NCBI GenBank assembly: GCA_002269645.1
Contig: NIVC01001754.1
Location: 120,969 to 147,621 of the forward strand
Direction: 5' to 3'
Origin: Macrostomum lignano
Taxonomy: Eukaryota
Length of the DNA stretch: 26,653 nt
This document shows positions 1-11,261 of the stretch, in pieces. The position numbers and the translations under genes were made by a program. The notes beneath the pieces are model-generated. The model did no database searches. It was not told the DNA's origin and saw nothing but the letters and a program-made list of their open reading frames with translations. Every line of letters begins with the position of its first letter. The stretch's first letter is position 1.

Positions 1-434
1 CTCATACTACTGAACAGAGAGTAGTTTTGTTAAACATAAGTTAAATGAATAATCTAGGGTATTTAATCGTAGTATCTGTGGTCCAGCATTCCGCTAGTGC
101 ATTCAGCGGCCGTCTTTGAAGCCCCAAAAAACCCAGGGTTTAGGGCCATAGACACTGACTGCTGCTCATAAGATAAAAAGATGCTCCCAATCATAGAAAG
201 TGTCTCCAAAAAGCCAGCTACCAAATGGTGATTGAGACGTCCCTCCTGCACGAGCAGGGAGAAAAGAAACTGAAAGGAGAGAATGAACGAGATGACGCAT
301 CATGAAAAACCTACCAAAATTGTCCGAACTCCTCCCAGCCTCACTTACACAAGGCAATTCTTACTGTACACCAATCATATATATCCCTTCAACTAAGGTC
401 ACGACCACGGAAAGATCATTCTAATTGTCAATAG

Positions 435-1420
435 AACATTGTCAAACCAGTCACTTGTAGAGCAGCCTCTCTGGCACCGCCGGCTTGCGTACCTAATCGG
501 CTTGCGTACTACACCACCGGCTGCGGTAGTTATGCCGTAGTTATCGCGTGGACATCCATTCACTTTGAGCGCTCATCCACAATGACTAGTCGCATCTTCC
601 CTTTCACAGCATCGACAAAGTCGATGTGAAGGCGGGACCATGGTCTGTCTGGCCTAGCCCAAGGATGCAGTGCGACGGGTGCTGGCGACTTCTGCAGCTC
701 CTGGCAGTCGGGCAAACGATGAGGAGCTGCTTAATTTCTGCATCCAGTCCGGGCTACCAGAAGAAACAGCCCCTGCGTCTTCCGCTCTCAGCTGTTGCGT
801 GCGTAACCTGTACGGCTGCAGATTTGGTGGCGGTCTCGCCTGCCACTGACCAGACTCAGAAAACACAGGACATTGGACGGCAAGGATCCCGTCCTCGACC
901 AAGCCCGGATATGCCTAGCAGTCACGGCACCTTTGTCCAACTAATCCGGCCAAAATCAGTGCCCACTGCTAGATTCTTCTGGTAGTCATGACAGGAATTG
1001 GCTTCGACTCATGCAGCATTATTATCCGGGGGCGAGAGCGTCCACAATGGCTCGCAGGCCAGCAGCATCAATGCAGTATTCCAGGCAGCTCACGCTCTCC
1101 TGCATAGAGCTGCGCTTGTTCCGCCCGCACACTTCAGGCCGCTCTGTTTCAGGCGCTGTAAGGACCAGTTTCAGTAAGCACAGGTAGTTCTCGCTTCTAC
1201 CGGTGACGATGAGGTCGTGGATGAAACAGGCTACATGAGCAGTGGCCTGCGACAGGTTATCCATGCCAACTTTCGGCGCCACCCAAAAGGATGCCGGTGG
1301 GGCCGGGTACGTGTAGCGCAGCAGCTCATTCGATGCGTCAACGATGCAGATCCGCTGCGAGGCCTCGTCAAATGGCACAGGAACAGCTGGCTGCTCCGTG
1401 TGCTGGATCAAACGCTTCGC
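435..1420 (-). mobile_element. Degenerate Ty3/Gypsy LTR-retrotransposon pol fragment (RT, end of RNase H, integrase N-terminal part), no LTRs seen
   Basis: Minus-strand translation in several frames. RT-like VPFDEASQRICIVDA...VACFIHDLIVTGRS (YxDD decayed) ...AIVDALAP; RNase H end KPIPVMTTRRI*QWALILAG; zinc-finger region FFW*PGLDAEIKQLL..C; integrase start PAPVALHPWARPDRPWSRLHIDFVDAVKGKMRLVIVDERSK*MDV. Multiple stops and frameshifts. Confidence 0.85.
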
Positions 1421-1650
1421 TATTCGGTTTAAGCGGGTTGTAGATCTTGTTTGGGTTTGGGTAACAAAAAAAACTTTCAGAAACAGAAAACAGTGCTTTA
1501 GACTAAAGTGGCGGTTTGTCAGTTGCTGAGTGCGAAGTACGCGTACGGATAGGAAAAGCTACCGGTGGGACTCTAAACCAAAGTTTCTCTTAAAAAAACT
1601 GCTATTAAACTCACAATCAGGTACACGGTACCGGGTCATCCCTGTTTGAA

Positions 1651-1728
1651 GTTTTCGTTTTCGTTCTTCGTTTTTCGTTTTCGTTCTTCGTTTACGATTT
1701 TAGGTTCTTCGTTTTCATTTTCGGTTTT
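1651..1728. repeat. Low-complexity (TTTTCG/TTCG)n simple repeat
   Basis: gttttcgttttcgttcttcgtttttcgttttcgttcttcg... read directly. Confidence 0.8.
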
Positions 1729-2265
1729 CAATTTGGCTATTTTTAAAGAAATCAGAGTCTTGGACACTTTGTTTTTTTCAGATAACGGTACATAATACGA
1801 TTCTATGTAGTGCGTCTTAAGCCAAAGCTCACAGTGGTTGGCGGTAGTAGGTAAAAAACTTTCTATACATTTAAAAGCTAGAAGCTGGTACAGAGGTCTG
1901 CAGCAGTACTATAAAATATGCGTCTCTCTTTTCTACTCTTCCCACACGCCAAAGCCTTCTCTAAATTTCCAAGCCAATTTTAGCTCCAACTCCCATCAGA
2001 ATTGCTTAATTCATACACTATGGGTGAGTTAAAATACAGGATGAAGTACAAACATTAACTCCCTGTCGATTGCGATAACAATAACCATTGGCTCTGCTAA
2101 TTCAGCAACCAGCTTTGCCACCACTGCTGTGCTGTCCGTATCTGGGCTGCAACACCGTCTGGGTCGCCTGCGTGGCCACCGCAGGAGGAGTTGCCAGGGT
2201 CTCCACGGGCGGAGCAGCTGCTACTCCAGCCATCCATCACCATTGCATCTCTGATTTAATTATCG

Positions 2266-2947
2266 GCAAAAGAACTACTAAAGTACTCGTAGAACGACGC
2301 GACACTCGAAATCTATGGAAAATGTTTTGAAGGCCACTTTTCGCTGAAAAATACACTACGGAGATTCGAAGTTTTCATTTTTATAGCACAAAAATATTTT
2401 TGATAGGAGGCGGACCCAGTGTTTATCTTTTAATATGTTGTTCCTTTTTTATAGCTCTATTGATATTTTTTAAGTTTTTTGTTCAGAAAATTAGGATTTA
2501 TGTTAATTTATAATTCTACGTACACTTCCTGTACCTAAAAAGTTATAAAAATGCATGGCAAAGTTCGAAGCTTTGGTTTTATGAATCTATTGTATCATCT
2601 CTGTCATACATATTGTTCACAGTCTGCTAAGAATGACAAAAATAGATTTATAAAACCAATGAGCTGAGTCGTGCCATTTCAATGATTTTTGGCACAGGAC
2701 ATGTGTAATTGTACATAGAATAAGAAATTCACATATAGAATCCTTATTTTCTGAACGAATCAGAAAGGCACAGTATATCAAAAGATGAACACCGGTTAGC
2801 TACCTCCTATCGAAAACAATAACAGTTTTTGTGCTGAAAATTTCCTATCTCCGTAGTATATTTTTCGGCGAAAAGTGGCCCTCAAAACATTTCCCATAGA
2901 TTTCAAGTGTCGCGTCCTGAATATACGTTGCTTTAGTTGTCCTTGTG
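2266..2947. mobile_element. ~680-bp imperfect foldback/palindromic non-autonomous element (MITE-like)
   Basis: 2296-2365 (gacgcgacactcgaaatctatggaaaatg...ctacggagat) is the reverse complement of ~2847-2916. Arm similarity continues inward (gataggagg, gttcagaaaat, ttggttttat-aatctatt) to a centre near 2610. Confidence 0.75.
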
Positions 2948-3674
2948 GTGGCATTGGATTTTATGCATGCCGGATGAACTCTGGTGAAATTAACTTGGAA
3001 ATTACAAGTTAATTTTGCTCCGCAATAAGCACTAAGCACTGTCTACGGTCATTGTTTCCTATGGTTCCTCTGCACATGACGCCTGGTTATTGTTTTCTTC
3101 GAAATGCAATGCCTGTTTTGAAAGTTTCTGTCCTTCTTAATATATGAGTAGTTTTTCCTAATCAGAACAGATAGCATTGTAAAATATACATACTTTCACC
3201 CAGACACAATAACGGAAATCATATTAGTACGCTGTTGCTTTCTACAATGTATATATTTACTCAATGAATGTACATTTACCCCATAGGATTTAGAAATCTG
3301 CGAGTAGCTAAAAGCAATTTAAAGAGGTTAAGATCAACTTAAGGAAAACATATCCGCTCGAAGAAGCGAAGAGAAGAGACAATAGTGCAATGGACGGCTG
3401 AATCCGGAGCGGTGGGACAGCTTTGACGGAGATGTGGAAGGCCCGAGCTACATGTACACCCATAAATCGGAAGAGAATGAAAATACGATTAGGAATAGAG
3501 GTTAAGGAATGAAGAGAAACGTATGCCCACTACGTTAAATTCCCACTAAGAGCCATAGTTTGCTTCTAAGTTTCAAAACTTGAGCTTTTGGCAGGACTTT
3601 CTAAGGCAGAACACTCAGAGCATACCAAATACGTACTGTTGAGAAGGGGTAATAATAAAAGAAATCTGCTCTTT

Positions 3675-3790
3675 AAGTTTAGTTTAGTTTAGTTAAGTTT
3701 TGCTATGGAGCTCCGTGAAGACTCCGTTGAAAATATTTAAATAAAAATAAATAAATAAAATAAATAAAATAAATATAATAAATAAAAATA
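3675..3790. repeat. AT-rich simple repeats (GTTTA)n and (AAATA)n
   Basis: agtttagtttagtttagtt and aaataaataaataaaataaataaaataaat read directly. Confidence 0.8.
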
Positions 3791-4996
3791 TATTCCGTTT
3801 GTTAAGTCGTTGATTTGGCTTGACTATCGAAAGCGGCTCAGACTCGCTTGAGACCGTTGAAATTCTAGTATAGAATTGAAAGCCGCAGTTTGCAATCATC
3901 GCTACACCTACATTAATAGAAGCTCATACAGAAAGCTCCTAAGAAGAGGGAAAGGACTTAAACAAAAAGGTTATCCATCCCATGTACGCACTTCATCATG
4001 TGACTGATTTGCCACTTTTACATGTGATGTACCAATCCATATCCCTCCGCAATTGCATTGACGTGAAAGTGTCAAATGATGCCACAATTTATGGAATAAT
4101 GATATATATGCTGGTACAAATGCAATGCACTCGTTTAGTATGCTTTTCTGCCATTGTTTATAACTTAAGATATGCACACTAGACAATCTACTGATAGTTC
4201 GGCCTTCTAAAACCTTTGATCGGAACAGTCCAACTCAGCTCCAAGGTAATTTCACATTCACTTTGTTGCACAATAAATTTGGACAGCTTGCAGGAGTCAA
4301 TGAATTAAATACCCCCCAACCGCTGCAAACCATGACAGTATTATAGGGTGGGGAAACTCGGCAGTAGAGAGGGCCATTCGAAAGCATGACTTAGGCGAGG
4401 CAAATACAAAGACACAAGAAAAGTGGCTGAGGCAATGAACTAAAAAAGCCTTAAAGTGCGGCAGCTAATACAAAAACAGCAGCGAGCCCCCCTGTCTCAT
4501 TACAGATCAAACTTCGCGAGACGAGTGAGGCGGTTGACTCCAACACCTCCCGAAATCGCTCAAATGCAACCAAGGCAAAACAGTCATACAAATTAACTTT
4601 GCCTATACGAGTATACGTAATAACTCGCTTGTTTTTAGTGTTAAAAGGCCAGAAAAACGAGTCGATGAAAGGTATAACAATTGCATAGTAACGTGAGACG
4701 CGCAGTAAAACCTGCAAGTGCAGGATTCTCCTTCATTTAAAATTGGCTCTATAGAAAGCACAGAGTGGATTATTTCTAAAAATAGAAACTTTGTCATTCT
4801 ATTGCCAAGTACGAGCGTACGAGCTATTTTTAGCAAAATGACGGGCTTTTACATAGCTAGAAGAAAATATAAAAATACTCCAAACCTGGAGCTGGAACCC
4901 CCTCAAGTTGTTTATTGCAATTTGCAAACCAAAGTTGAACACGCCAAAGCGCCTCTAAAATCCCTGACAACACAGTCACATGGCATTTCAGCAAGA

Positions 4997-5129
4997 ATGC
5001 AACGGCAGCAACAAAACTTACAAAGCCGACTGGTTGGGATTTTGGCCAGCTTTTTACCGCGACAAATTGCGGATAAGGCGGCTGAAGCACTGCTGGCTGA
5101 TGACGCCAGCGAGTCCCTGTTCGTTGGAG
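4997..5129 (+). CDS. IAP-like gene, putative exon 1 (MQRQQQNLQSRLVGILASFLPRQIADKAAEALLADDASESLFVG)
   Basis: ATG at 4997; consensus donor G|GTGAGT at 5130, phase 1, compatible with the acceptor at 6464-6465. No recognisable domain, so the link to exon 2 rests on splice phase. Confidence 0.6.
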
Positions 5130-5183
5130 GTGAGTCAATTATATAACGTACATGTAGCTAATTGTATAAATGGCACTGCATGC

Positions 5184-6013
5184 GTCAGTTCTAGTCAGTT
5201 GTGTCACTGTGCGCTGTTAGACTGGGTCACTTCTAATCAGTTGTGTCACTGTGCGCTGTTAGACTGGGTCACTTCTAATCAGTTGTGTCACTGTGCGCTG
5301 TTAGACTGGGTCACTTCTAATCAGTTGTGTCACTGTGCGCTGTTAGACTGGGTCACTTCTAATCAGTTGTGTCACTGTGTACTGTTAGACTGTGTCACTT
5401 CTAATCAGTTGTGTCACTGTGCGCTGTTAGACTGTGTCACTTCTAGTCAGTTGTGTCACTGTGTACTGTTAGACTGTGTCACTTCTAGTCAGTTGTGTCA
5501 CTGTGTACTGTTAGACTGTGTCACTTCTAGTCAGTTGTGTCACTGTGCGCTGTTAGACTGGGTCACTTCTAGTCAGTTGTGTCACTGTGCGCTGTTAGAC
5601 TGTCACTTCTAATCAGTTGTGTCACTGTGCGCTGTTAGACTGGGTCAGTTCTAGTCAGTTGTGTCATTGTGTACTGTTAGACTGTGTCACTTCTAGTCAG
5701 TTGTGTCACTGTGCGCTGTTAGACTGTGTCACTTCTAGTCAGTTGTGTCATTGTGTACTGTTAGACTGTGTCACTTCTAGTCAGTTGTGTCATTGTGTAC
5801 TGTTAGACTGTGTCACTTCTAGTCAGTTGTGTCACTGTGTGCTGTTAGACTGTGTCACTTCTAGTCAGTTGTGTCACTGTGCGCTGTTAGACTGTGTCAC
5901 TTCTAGTCAGTTGTGTCACTGTGTACTGTTAGACTGTGTCACTTCTAGTCAGTTGTGTCACTGTGCGCTGTTAGACTGTGTCACTTCTAGTCAGTTGTGT
6001 CACTGTGCTGTTA
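5184..6013. repeat. 42-bp minisatellite, ~20 copies, in IAP intron 1
   Basis: Unit ttctagtcagttgtgtcactgtgcgctgttagactgtgtcac with variants (aat/agt, ggg/gtg, cgc/tac); one unit near 5600 is 2 bp short. Confidence 0.97.
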
Positions 6014-6465
6014 CACCACTGGATTACGATGAGGCTTTTAACAGCTTAACCAGAAAAACTCGACACTCTCAATGTTTAAGATCCCTTTTGAATTTTTACC
6101 CCTTGCAAGGTTCCGAGCCCATGGTCTGAGGATTGATTTGCCTGGCATTGCTCACCTATACTGAATAGTGTTCGACGTACGCACCTGTGAAAGATTGAAA
6201 CATAAAAATCATGTTTCTATAAAATCAAAAGTTCATAAATCAAGTTAGAGTGTAAAACACTTTGAATTTTATAGTTAAAGTAAGATTCTGAATCTATTCT
6301 GAAATTGTCTGGTCAGTGCGAAATCCAAGTCAGTGAAATGTACTCATAAGTTTGTTAAAACTGTGTGATGACCTTCTAAGGAATTAAAAGTTCTTCTCTT
6401 TCTTTCAGCTACATTTAAATTTTGTTTACCAAAACTAATGCAAAATATGTCTTAATTTCTTATAG

Positions 6466-6997
6466 CCGGCGCCATTCTCATTCTGACCTCTTCGGTGAAA
6501 CCCAGCTTCACCAGTACCACTGCTCGCCAAAACCAGCGTCTGCCGAGTGGAACACCCGACTGGATGGTTGCTGAGGTCTCGGGGAGTGGAAAGATCGTCT
6601 GTTTTCACTGCGGTGCCGCATGTCCTGGCAGTAGCAGTTTGGCTGAGGCTGATAGCTGGTCGCGACACCGACAGGCCAGTCCGGGTTGCTACCTGCAGCG
6701 ACTGGCTCACAGACTCGTTCTGACGCCGCAGACACGCCGCAGCGCGCTGGATGCTGGCGAGCTGTCCAAACTGCAGCGATCTCTGACCCGACTCGGCCAG
6801 GTGCTGGACAGTCCCGTGCTGTCTCGGGCCGCCAGCTTCGGCATCCAGCAGCAAAAGTTGGACTTCTGCGCCGCGCGATACTTTATGCGGCACCAGGGCG
6901 CGGCGGTGAACAGGCCTGGCGATGCCATTCAGCTGGTGCACAGCGGCGAGGAAGAGTTTGAGGACTCGGCCACCTTGATGGAGCAAGTTAACGTCAG
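6466..6997 (+). CDS. IAP-like gene exon 2: divergent BIR domain plus UBA-like segment
   Basis: Acceptor tttcttatag|cc, donor cag|GTAAGA at 6998. KIVCFHCG-x-SWSRHRQASPGC gives C-x2-C-x18-H-x6-C (BIR canonical is x16). SPVLSRAASFGI...GDAIQLVHSGEE resembles the cIAP/XIAP UBA region. Confidence 0.8.
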
Positions 6998-7359
6998 GTA
7001 AGACGTCTTACATATAATATGTCTTTTGTCTTCACAAAAGCTCGGGATATTTCGACTTGTTATTTCCATCTGTCATGAAATCTTTTTTGAAAAGAGCATC
7101 AGGGTTAAATGGCTTAGTCAGGGGCGATGCCTGACACGATTAGAAAGTCAGGGCCGCTGTACACCCCGTGTGAGCATGTGTATGATTGTGTGCTTGCTAC
7201 GTAACAGTATCGTTGAAGGCGTTGCGTCAGGGTGCTAGCAACTCTCCTCGGCGAATGCGTATTCATCGCTTGCAGTGTAGGAGACTCTAAAAACTAACTA
7301 TTTTTATGTCACTCCCTAATTGACTTCTTCAGAGAATTGCTGCAATTATCTCTTAATAG

Positions 7360-7657
7360 GGAAGAGTCGAGAACTGCTGGACCGGCCAGCAATCCACCAT
7401 CGTTCGCTCCGACGACAACAGCAGCATCAATGGAACCGCAGCAGCAGCAGCAGCAACAGCAGCAACAACAACTGCAGCAGCAAGACAGCCGAGACGTGCC
7501 CGATGACCGGTGCTTGCAGTGCAGAAGCCGGATCAGGGACAGGGTAACCCTGCCCTGTGCTCACTTTCTGCTGTGCGAAGGATGCTGCCGAAACCACAGC
7601 CGCTGCCCAGGGTGCAATGAGACTATTTTGGCCTCCATCAGAGCTTACGTTTGTTAA
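7360..7657 (+). CDS. IAP-like gene exon 3: polyQ linker plus C-terminal C3HC4 RING
   Basis: Acceptor ctcttaatag|g (phase 2 matches exon 2). CLQC-x11-CAH-x3-CEGC-x6-CPGC...IRAYVC*. Joined CDS 133+532+298=963 nt, 320 aa, no internal stop. Confidence 0.88.
7439..7483 (+). repeat. CAG/CAA trinucleotide repeat encoding polyglutamine
   Basis: QQQQQQQQQQQLQQQ in exon 3. Confidence 0.9.
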
Positions 7658-8663
7658 AGCATTCCTCTTTTTATTGAGATGTTTTTCTGATAATTTTAAC
7701 CTTCTGTTTTCTGTAAAAGTACATACATTACTCAGCATCCAACACTTTTTATTCTATTTTAAGGCATTACTGACAAATAGCGTCATTTACACTCTGTGAA
7801 CTGTATTTCCATGGGCTGTCACACACGATTTAATTCATATGACCAAGCTATGGAAGTTTCTAGAAAATTCCTTGGCTAAAAAGCTTAGCTTAAAATAGAA
7901 GCATTGAATGTACACCAAATATGTGGGGCGGTGTGGGGTACGGGGCATTTCCAAAAACCCATTTACCACGATTGACTTGAAAGGTGTTGAAAATTATGGA
8001 ACAACTATTTCGATTTGTCTACTCCCTAAGTAGAAATAAATGTTTCGTTTGCGTATTTTTCATTCAACTATCTGAAAATAAAATGAGATAAAAAAGATGT
8101 CAATTTAACTCTGCATAAGGCAGTGGAAGACGTGAAAAAAGAACAAGAAATTGCTTTACCTTTGCTTACCTTTGCAATATTCCTGTACTGGGAAGTCTTT
8201 GCATTTGTACTTTTTACAGGCCAGCGCATTGGTTAGTGCCGGATTCCTGAGTTTACAGAGGCAACCGCCAACCGTATCTCCAGAATGTCTTCCTGCAGCT
8301 TGTTAGTGGCTATGAAAGGTTAATGCCAGTATAGCCAAGGTTTGTCAACTCCTCCTTCTCTTAAATTAAAATTTCCCCATCTTACCCATTCTCCCATTCC
8401 AAGCGAGAATGGACTGATTTAAGCATTTAACCATTCTGTTGCTGCAAACAAGTTACAGCTTGAGTGTCTCAAGCCTTCCAATTTGCATCCTCAACTTCGT
8501 TTGTGCCCCTGGCTCTTGTCATCCGTTAGTTCTGGGTACCGCATTTTTGGCTTGTAAGAGAGAGCAGGTTTCTGAAGCTGCTGGCTCCAGTTTCAATTCT
8601 GTCTGCTGAAAGCTTCAAGTCTCGATTAGACGCACAAAATCCGTGATAAAATAACCGAAAGAA

Positions 8664-8987
8664 ATGACGAGTCAAGTTGCTTGGCATCAACTACAGCTGC
8701 TGATGCTGCTGCTGCTACTGACTGCAGCTCAGCATCTCCACTGCGAAGCCGCTTCATCAGAGCGAAACTGGTGGTCGAGCCGTGAGAGCATCGCCGACTA
8801 TGAGGCTGTGAGCTCGCAGCCAGCAGCGACTGAGGTTGACTGCCTGGCTGCCGCGGTCGGCGACTCCGCTGTGCAGCTGGTGGCGTTCAACGTCAGTTCC
8901 GGCTGGTGCACCCGCTTCCGGTGCCGCCTGGGCCTGAGCCACTGCAGGAAGTGCCGCAATGCGGATAAGGGAGCTCAGCGAGTTTGG
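8664..8987 (+). CDS. FReD gene copy A exon 1: signal peptide plus PAN/apple-like Cys-containing domain
   Basis: Hydrophobic leader [18 protein letters not shown]; [26 protein letters not shown] resembles PAN-type spacing; donor TGG|GTGAGT at 8988, phase 0. Confidence 0.82.
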
Positions 8988-9001
8988 GTGAGTGAGAGAT
9001 A

Positions 9002-9438
<437 letters not shown>

Positions 9439-9558
9439 TTTTTAACTATTGAAAGTATTAGCAGTAAAAAGCGGGCTTGTTAATATTTAAGTCGCGATTT
9501 AATTCAAGCTTAATTAACCTAGAATCAAAGCTACGTGTGCTGCTGCCCCACAACGCAG

Positions 9559-9682
9559 ACAAGCAACACACAATGCTGGACCACAGTTCAGCGCAGAGTG
9601 TCGGATTCGGTGGACTTCTATCGCAACTGGTCGCAATACCAGACCGGCTTTGGCGATGGACCCGATGGCAACTACTGGATTG
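9559..9682 (+). CDS. FReD gene copy A exon 2 (fibrinogen C-terminal domain start)
   Basis: acgcag|ACA acceptor conserved in copy B; [42 protein letters not shown]; donor G|GTAATT; 124 nt, same length as copy B. Confidence 0.88.
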
Positions 9683-9876
9683 GTAATTAGCTTGTAAATT
9701 GATGCATTCGTGAATATTCAAAGATATTTTGGCCGACATAGAAAGGATTAAGATCTTATGAATCTTTATGATCTGTTGATTAAAGCTTCATAAAATTCCA
9801 AAGTTCATTTTAGAAACTCGAAATTTTGTTACATCGTCGAAAATTATGACACTGAACATTGCCTCTCTGCCCGTAG

Positions 9877-10303
9877 GTCTGAATACTCTTCACGCGCTCA
9901 CTCAAAGCCGCTCACGGAAGCTGCTGATTCTGATGAGGCAGTGGGATGACAGCCAAGATTGGGCTGAGTACTCGAGCTTCAGCGTCGGTTCGGAGTCCGA
10001 CAATTACCGGCTGACTGTGTCGGGTTTCTCAGCCAGCGACGGGATTGGCGACTCTCTGGATGGCTACAGCAACAACCAACAATTCACGACATTCAACGCT
10101 GATCACGATGCGAGAGCTGGAAGCAACTGCGCTAAAAAATTATCGGAGCCTGGTGGTACAAAAGTTGCTTTGAATCGCACCTAAATGGCCCGTACAAAAA
10201 TTACTCGGAAGCCATTGGAGGTCCCTTCGCCATTGGCATCATCTGGAGATACAACTATGGATTTCATTACTCGCTGAAGGAGGTCGAGATGCTGGTTCTA
10301 TAG
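9877..10303 (+). pseudogene. FReD gene copy A exon 3 with a 1-nt deletion at ~10134-10141 (pseudogene or assembly error)
   Basis: cccgtag|GT acceptor; AEYSSFSVGSESDNYRL, GDSL, FTTFNADHD, NCA, then the frame shifts at gctaaaaaattatc; the other frame resumes IGAWWYKSCFESHLNG...YSLKEVEMLVL*. Confidence 0.85.
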
Positions 10304-10335
10304 ATTTCTTTGAGCAGCTAGCTGACTCGAATAGG

Positions 10336-10690
10336 TCAGTTGACCCCCCTTCCAGATCCCTCAGTTGACTCCCCTCTCAGATCCTTAAGTTGACCTTCTC
10401 TCAGATCCCTCAGTTGACCCCCTCTCAGATCATTTTCAGTTGACCCCCTCTCAGATCATTTTCAGTTGACCCCCTCTCAGATCCTTCAGTTGACCCCCTC
10501 TCAGATCCTTCAGTTGACCCCCTCTCACATCCTTCAGTTGACCCCCTCTCACATCCTTCAGTTGACCCCCTCTCACATCCTTCAGTTGACCCCCTCTCAC
10601 ATCCTTCAGTTGACCCCCTCTCACATCCTTCAGTTGACCCCCTCTCACATCCTTCAGTTGACCCCCTCTCAGATCCTTCAGTTGACCCCT
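10336..10690. repeat. 24-bp minisatellite, ~15 copies, downstream of the FReD A stop
   Basis: Unit tccttcagttgaccccctctcaga (variant ...caca). Confidence 0.96.
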
Positions 10691-11261
10691 TCTAATATTT
10701 TTTAGATCCGGTGAATGAATATAGCAGTCAACATTCACAGTGGTGCCACTTGGCACAGAGTGATCTATCAGGCGACCGTAAACACCGAGAATACAATGTC
10801 CGTGTTTAATCCTAGCTTGTCAAGATTCAAGACGAATTTTATCTTGAACAATAATAAACTTCAATTAATATATGAATACGTGATTATAACATACATTTTT
10901 ATTTACCCTAATTCAGTGGAAGTGTCAGACATATATATTAGCTTTCGTATTTAAAACATACCTTAAATATTTATAAGTGCATCCTATTAGTACTCGGCTT
11001 TCTGTGCTCACTATAATGCGAGCTTATCCCTACTTTGCCCCTTTAAATTGTCCTTTTTCAGTTTGCATCCAAATATTTTCACTCTTATTACAATATAATC
11101 CAACTACTACTGTTTTCCTGGCTAAATCCAATAGTTCTTGCTTGGATGCGAAATATAAGCGCGGGTCGACCTCCTAAGTGGAGCGTACTTTTGAACGAAT
11201 TTTTACGGGGCCTGATTACTCGCGGCTTTTCGGTGTTAGTCTATACGAGACACCACGATTT

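Noticed and set aside
2080-2260. GC-rich patch with a short minus-strand frame (MAGVAAAPPVETLATPP...)
   Set aside because: Only ~43 codons, no recognisable domain or convincing splice context
4980-6129. Cys/His-rich repetitive ORFs resembling metallothionein
   Set aside because: Translation of the 42-bp intronic minisatellite, broken by a 2-bp deletion and lying inside a phase-consistent intron
9523-9558. Alternative in-frame acceptor for copy A exon 2 adding [12 protein letters not shown]
   Set aside because: The homologous stretch in copy B is frameshifted and has stops; the acceptor at 9558/22109 is conserved in both copies
10451-10756. (GGQLKDVR)n and (TPSHILQL)n ORFs
   Set aside because: 24-bp minisatellite translation
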